A DNA stretch of 64,000 nucleotides from an uncultured Campylobacter sp. GTDB lineage: Bacteria > Campylobacterota > Campylobacteria > Campylobacterales > Campylobacteraceae. This document shows, one piece after another, positions 61,239 through 64,000 of the stretch. A program made the position numbers and the translations under genes. The stretch's first letter is position 1. Each line of letters starts with the position of its first letter. The notes beneath the pieces are model-generated. The model did not search any database. It saw only the letters and a list, made by a program, of their open reading frames with translations, and was not told the DNA's origin. The stretch spans positions 180-64,179 of the forward strand of contig CAUPZQ010000007.1 of the NCBI GenBank assembly GCA_963515915.1, in the 5' to 3' direction.

Positions 61239-61407
61239 TTCAAATTTTAACTCCATTTATTGTAGCTGGCCTAAAATTATTTTAGTAGGCGCCTGTTTGT
61301 GCATAAAACCGAAACGCCTAATGTCAGAAAGAAAATGGTGAAGCCAAATCCGTCAATCGATTAAATTTTGATGATTATAGGATGATTTGCCGCTTTAAAG
61401 CGGCGGA

Positions 61408-61869
61408 TTATTTGATTTTTTCTTTGCCTTTGTAAGTGGCGATGCTTTGATACGAGCCGTCTTTTTTAAACGCCACCACGTCATAGACCTCGGGCTGAGA
61501 GCCTTGCTCCATACCTGGTGCTTCTAGTGGCATGCCAGGTACTGCTATGCCGATAACGTCTTTAGGCTTATTTTTTAGTAGCGTGCGGATCTCGCTTGCT
61601 GGCATATGCCCTTCGACTACATATCCGTCTACGATCGCGGTGTGGCAGCTAGCGAGCTCCAGCGGAAGCCCAAGCTCATTCTTCTTCTGGATAAGCGGCT
61701 CGTCGGCCAGCGAAATCATCTCGACTTCAAATCCGTTTTGCTCCATGTATTTTGCCCAGTTGTGACAACAGCCGCAACTCTCGCCGTGATAGACCTTGAC
61801 ATGTTCGCCCGCCGAGACATAGCTTCCTAATGCCGCTAAAAGCGCACCTACAAATAAAATTTTCTTCAT
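61408..61869 (-). CDS. DUF411-family (CopG-like) periplasmic metal-binding protein
   Basis: 153 aa with a signal peptide, the CGCCHNW motif, and the CHTAIVDGYVVEGHMP block typical of DUF411. GGAG RBS. Confidence 0.8.
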   Translation of the reverse strand: MKKILFVGALLAALGSYVSAGEHVKVYHGESCGCCHNWAKYMEQNGFEVEMISLADEPLIQKKNELGLPLELASCHTAIVDGYVVEGHMPASEIRTLLKNKPKDVIGIAVPGMPLEAPGMEQGSQPEVYDVVAFKKDGSYQSIATYKGKEKIK

Positions 61870-62017
61870 ATTTTACTCCAGTGATTAAAAGTCCTCGATT
61901 ATACAATACGAATAGTAAATTTTTAAGAGCGAACCATATAACTCTAAGATTAAATTTGACGAAGCAGACCCGCTTGTAAGCCGAAATTTTAAAATTTCGG
62001 CGTCGCGGATAAGTTGG

Positions 62018-62446
62018 TTATAGGCACTGAGAGAGTGCTGATTTAATAGCGGATTTTGATACGTAGCCTTCCGAATCGCTGGTAAGTGATACGTCGCAGC
62101 CTGGCTTATAGTTTTTCCAGGTGTAGATATTGCCATTGTCTTCGGTTGTTTTGATGGAGTCTGGCTGTTTATTCCATGCAGAAATTACTTGATTGATATG
62201 AAATGCATCGCTGCGGTCTTTCGGCGCATTAGTCATACCTGTGCTATCGGGCAAGGCCGTTTCGACCATATCGGTAGTGCCTGCGGTGGAAACCTCTTGA
62301 ACTTTATCATTTACGCCGCCGATATTTGTTTTACTGCTTTGGGATTTTGTTTGATTGCGTACTCCGCTTGGTTCGTTGGATATATTCCAGTTGGAACAAC
62401 CGATAAAAAATACCGCTGCTATGAGCGCAGCTATTAAATTTCTCAT
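62018..62446 (-). CDS. Lipoprotein, unknown function
   Basis: The start is taken at the ATG with a GGAG RBS (MRNLIAALIAAVFFIGCS lipobox). The ORF track begins 5 codons earlier. Confidence 0.65.
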   Translation of the reverse strand: MRNLIAALIAAVFFIGCSNWNISNEPSGVRNQTKSQSSKTNIGGVNDKVQEVSTAGTTDMVETALPDSTGMTNAPKDRSDAFHINQVISAWNKQPDSIKTTEDNGNIYTWKNYKPGCDVSLTSDSEGYVSKSAIKSALSQCL

Positions 62447-62665
62447 AAAATTCTCCTTCAAAAATTTCGTTGCGATAGTAGCACATTTATCTTTAGTTTA
62501 AAATAAATCCGAGCCCTTGAAATTTGAAATTTCGTAGGAATTTTGCGAGGCGTTTCAGTAGGAATTTATAAAATTTCGGATAATATTCAAAATTTAATAC
62601 CAAACGGGCTTTTAAATTTTGCACGGCAAATGCCTTTTTGGCTACCAAATTTTAAAGGATTTTTG

Positions 62666-62974
62666 ATGTATGCTATCATCAAACACGGCGGCAAGCAGTA
62701 TAAGGTCGAAGAGGGCAACTACCTAAATTTAGACCATTTTAATGCTGAGCCGAAAGCAAAGCTCGAGCTTAGCGAAGTTTTAGCGCTAAACGACGGCGAG
62801 TTAAAGGTAGGGGCACCGTTCGTAAAGGGTGCCAAGGTGGTTTTGGAGGTCGTTTGCGAAGGCAAGGATAAAAAAGTCGTTATCTTCAAAAAACGCAGAC
62901 GCAAAGATTCAAAAGTAAAACGCGGCTTCAGACGCCAATACACCCGCGTCAAAGTCGTTTCGATTAACGCATAA
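62666..62974 (+). CDS. rplU: 50S ribosomal protein L21
   Basis: [17 protein letters not shown] is the canonical L21 N-terminus. The ORF-track start at 62543 is an upstream in-frame extension. Confidence 0.95.
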   Translation: MYAIIKHGGKQYKVEEGNYLNLDHFNAEPKAKLELSEVLALNDGELKVGAPFVKGAKVVLEVVCEGKDKKVVIFKKRRRKDSKVKRGFRRQYTRVKVVSINA

Positions 62975-62984
62975 AGGATAGGAA

Positions 62985-63242
62985 ATGGCACACAAAAAAG
63001 GTCAAGGTTCAACCCAAAATAATAGAGATAGTATCGGACGCCGCTTGGGTGTTAAAAAATTCGGTGGCGAGTTTGTGCGCGCGGGCAACATCATCATCCG
63101 CCAGCGCGGCACTGCGACGCACCCAGGCTGCAACGTAGGCATGGGCAGCGATCACACGATTTTCGCGCTGATCGACGGCGTCGTAAAATTTGAGCGAAAA
63201 GATAAAAACCGCAAAAAAGTATCGGTTTATCCGGCTGCGTAA
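62985..63242 (+). CDS. rpmA: 50S ribosomal protein L27
   Basis: [40 protein letters not shown] is the L27 signature. Confidence 0.96.
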   Translation: MAHKKGQGSTQNNRDSIGRRLGVKKFGGEFVRAGNIIIRQRGTATHPGCNVGMGSDHTIFALIDGVVKFERKDKNRKKVSVYPAA

Positions 63243-63258
63243 ATATCGCTAAATCTTC

Positions 63259-63279
63259 GGGGGCGCAAGCCCCTCTTTT
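63259..63279 (+). terminator. Rho-independent terminator-like hairpin after rpmA
   Basis: GGGGGC-gcaa-GCCCCT followed by CTTTT. Confidence 0.6.
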
Positions 63280-63351
63280 AAAATTTCACCCGTTTAAAAA
63301 TTATCTTCAACTCATTTGGCTATAATTGCCGTTTCAAATTTAAGGATAGCT

Positions 63352-64000
63352 ATGTTCATAGACAGCGTAAAATTTAGCGTCAAATCAGGGGGCGGCGGCG
63401 CAGGTTGCGTCAGCTTCCGCCGCGAAAAATTCGTCATCCTAGGCGGTCCCGACGGCGGCGACGGCGGCGACGGCGGCGACGTGTATTTCAGAGTCGATAA
63501 AAACTCCCACACCCTCTCATCCTATAAGGGCAAGCGGGAGTTTAAAGCACAAAACGGCGCACCCGGCGAGGGTCGCAAAAAGACGGGCAAAAGCGGCGAG
63601 GATCTCTATCTCATCGTCCCTCCAGGCACCAGCGTTTACGACGAGGATAGCGGCGAGCTGGTGCTTGATATGCTAAATGACGGCGAGACGAGGCTGTTTT
63701 TAAAAGGCGGCAAAGGCGGGCTTGGCAATGTGCACTTTAAAAGCTCGATCAACCAAGCCCCCGAATATGCGCAAAAAGGCCTAGAGGGGCAGACGCGCGA
63801 GGTGCGCTTGGAGCTAAAACTTATTGCAGACGTTGGGCTCGTAGGCTTTCCAAACGTGGGCAAAAGCACGCTAATCTCGACCGTCTCAAACGCCAAACCC
63901 CAGATCGCAAACTACGAGTTTACCACTCTCACGCCAAAGCTTGGTCTAGTCGAGGTTGATGAATACAGCGGCTTTGTCATGGCCGATATCCCTGGCATCA
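63352..64000 (+). CDS. obg: GTPase Obg (N-terminal part; continues past the window end)
   Basis: The ATG at 63352 gives [46 protein letters not shown]...[16 protein letters not shown], the Obg fold. It then reads [15 protein letters not shown] (G1 motif). It is missing from the ORF track because no stop lies within the window. Confidence 0.93.
   Translation, partial: MFIDSVKFSVKSGGGGAGCVSFRREKFVILGGPDGGDGGDGGDVYFRVDKNSHTLSSYKGKREFKAQNGAPGEGRKKTGKSGEDLYLIVPPGTSVYDEDSGELVLDMLNDGETRLFLKGGKGGLGNVHFKSSINQAPEYAQKGLEGQTREVRLELKLIADVGLVGFPNVGKSTLISTVSNAKPQIANYEFTTLTPKLGLVEVDEYSGFVMADIPGI

Noticed and set aside
63420-63480. Tandem GGCGGCGAC x3 (GGDGGDGGD) in obg as a contingency repeat
   Set aside because: This encodes the conserved glycine-rich Obg-fold motif found in Obg proteins generally, not a variable repeat.

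Overview
This 64-kb chromosomal segment reads as a Campylobacter-type (Campylobacterota) genome. A C. rectus/showae/curvus-like species is only a guess from gene content and base composition. All calls come from reading the sequence and the ORF track; no homology search was run.

Gene content, in order:
- a partial PiT phosphate transporter (-)
- a complete nuoA-N complex I operon, with nuoE/nuoF replaced by two small unrelated ORFs (the arrangement known from C. jejuni)
- one strongly AT-rich foreign-looking gene (pentapeptide-repeat plus multi-TM protein) wedged between nuoN and miaA
- miaA, a UbiA-family prenyltransferase, and moaA-queE-queD
- rsmE, rpmE, rsmI and a SpoU-type methyltransferase
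- an aminotransferase, hom, yraN, trxA and trxB
- a low-GC lipoprotein gene next to a tRNA with a UCA anticodon (tRNA-Sec)
- an mlaA-mlaC-RND/MMPL lipid-trafficking cluster
- a molybdate locus (modE-modA-TOBE-modC, then a 1-kb gap, then modB)
- a 1355-aa PAS/GGDEF/EAL signalling protein
- hisZ-like, purA, a DUF507-like gene and carA
- an orphan OmpR-type response regulator, then addB-addA
- rplM-rpsI, an OmpA-family protein, a HAD phosphatase and tRNA-Gln(CUG)
- a DUF411 metal-binding protein, a lipoprotein, rplU-rpmA and the start of obg

I saw no rRNA, CRISPR array, transposase, integrase or phage genes.

The most unusual signal is not a gene cluster.
- Seven otherwise conserved housekeeping proteins carry in-frame low-complexity inserts or tails of about 60-230 aa. 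They are NuoG, NuoI, NuoN, QueE, the RND exporter, AddB and the HAD phosphatase.
- The DNA of these inserts resembles the local intergenic DNA.
- Both the inserts and four ORF-free intergenic tracts of about 0.5-1 kb are saturated with RAATTY words (AAATTT/AAATTC/GAATTC/GAATTT) and degenerate tandem units.
- RAATTY is the methylation motif linked to DNA uptake in C. jejuni. A functional link here is speculative.
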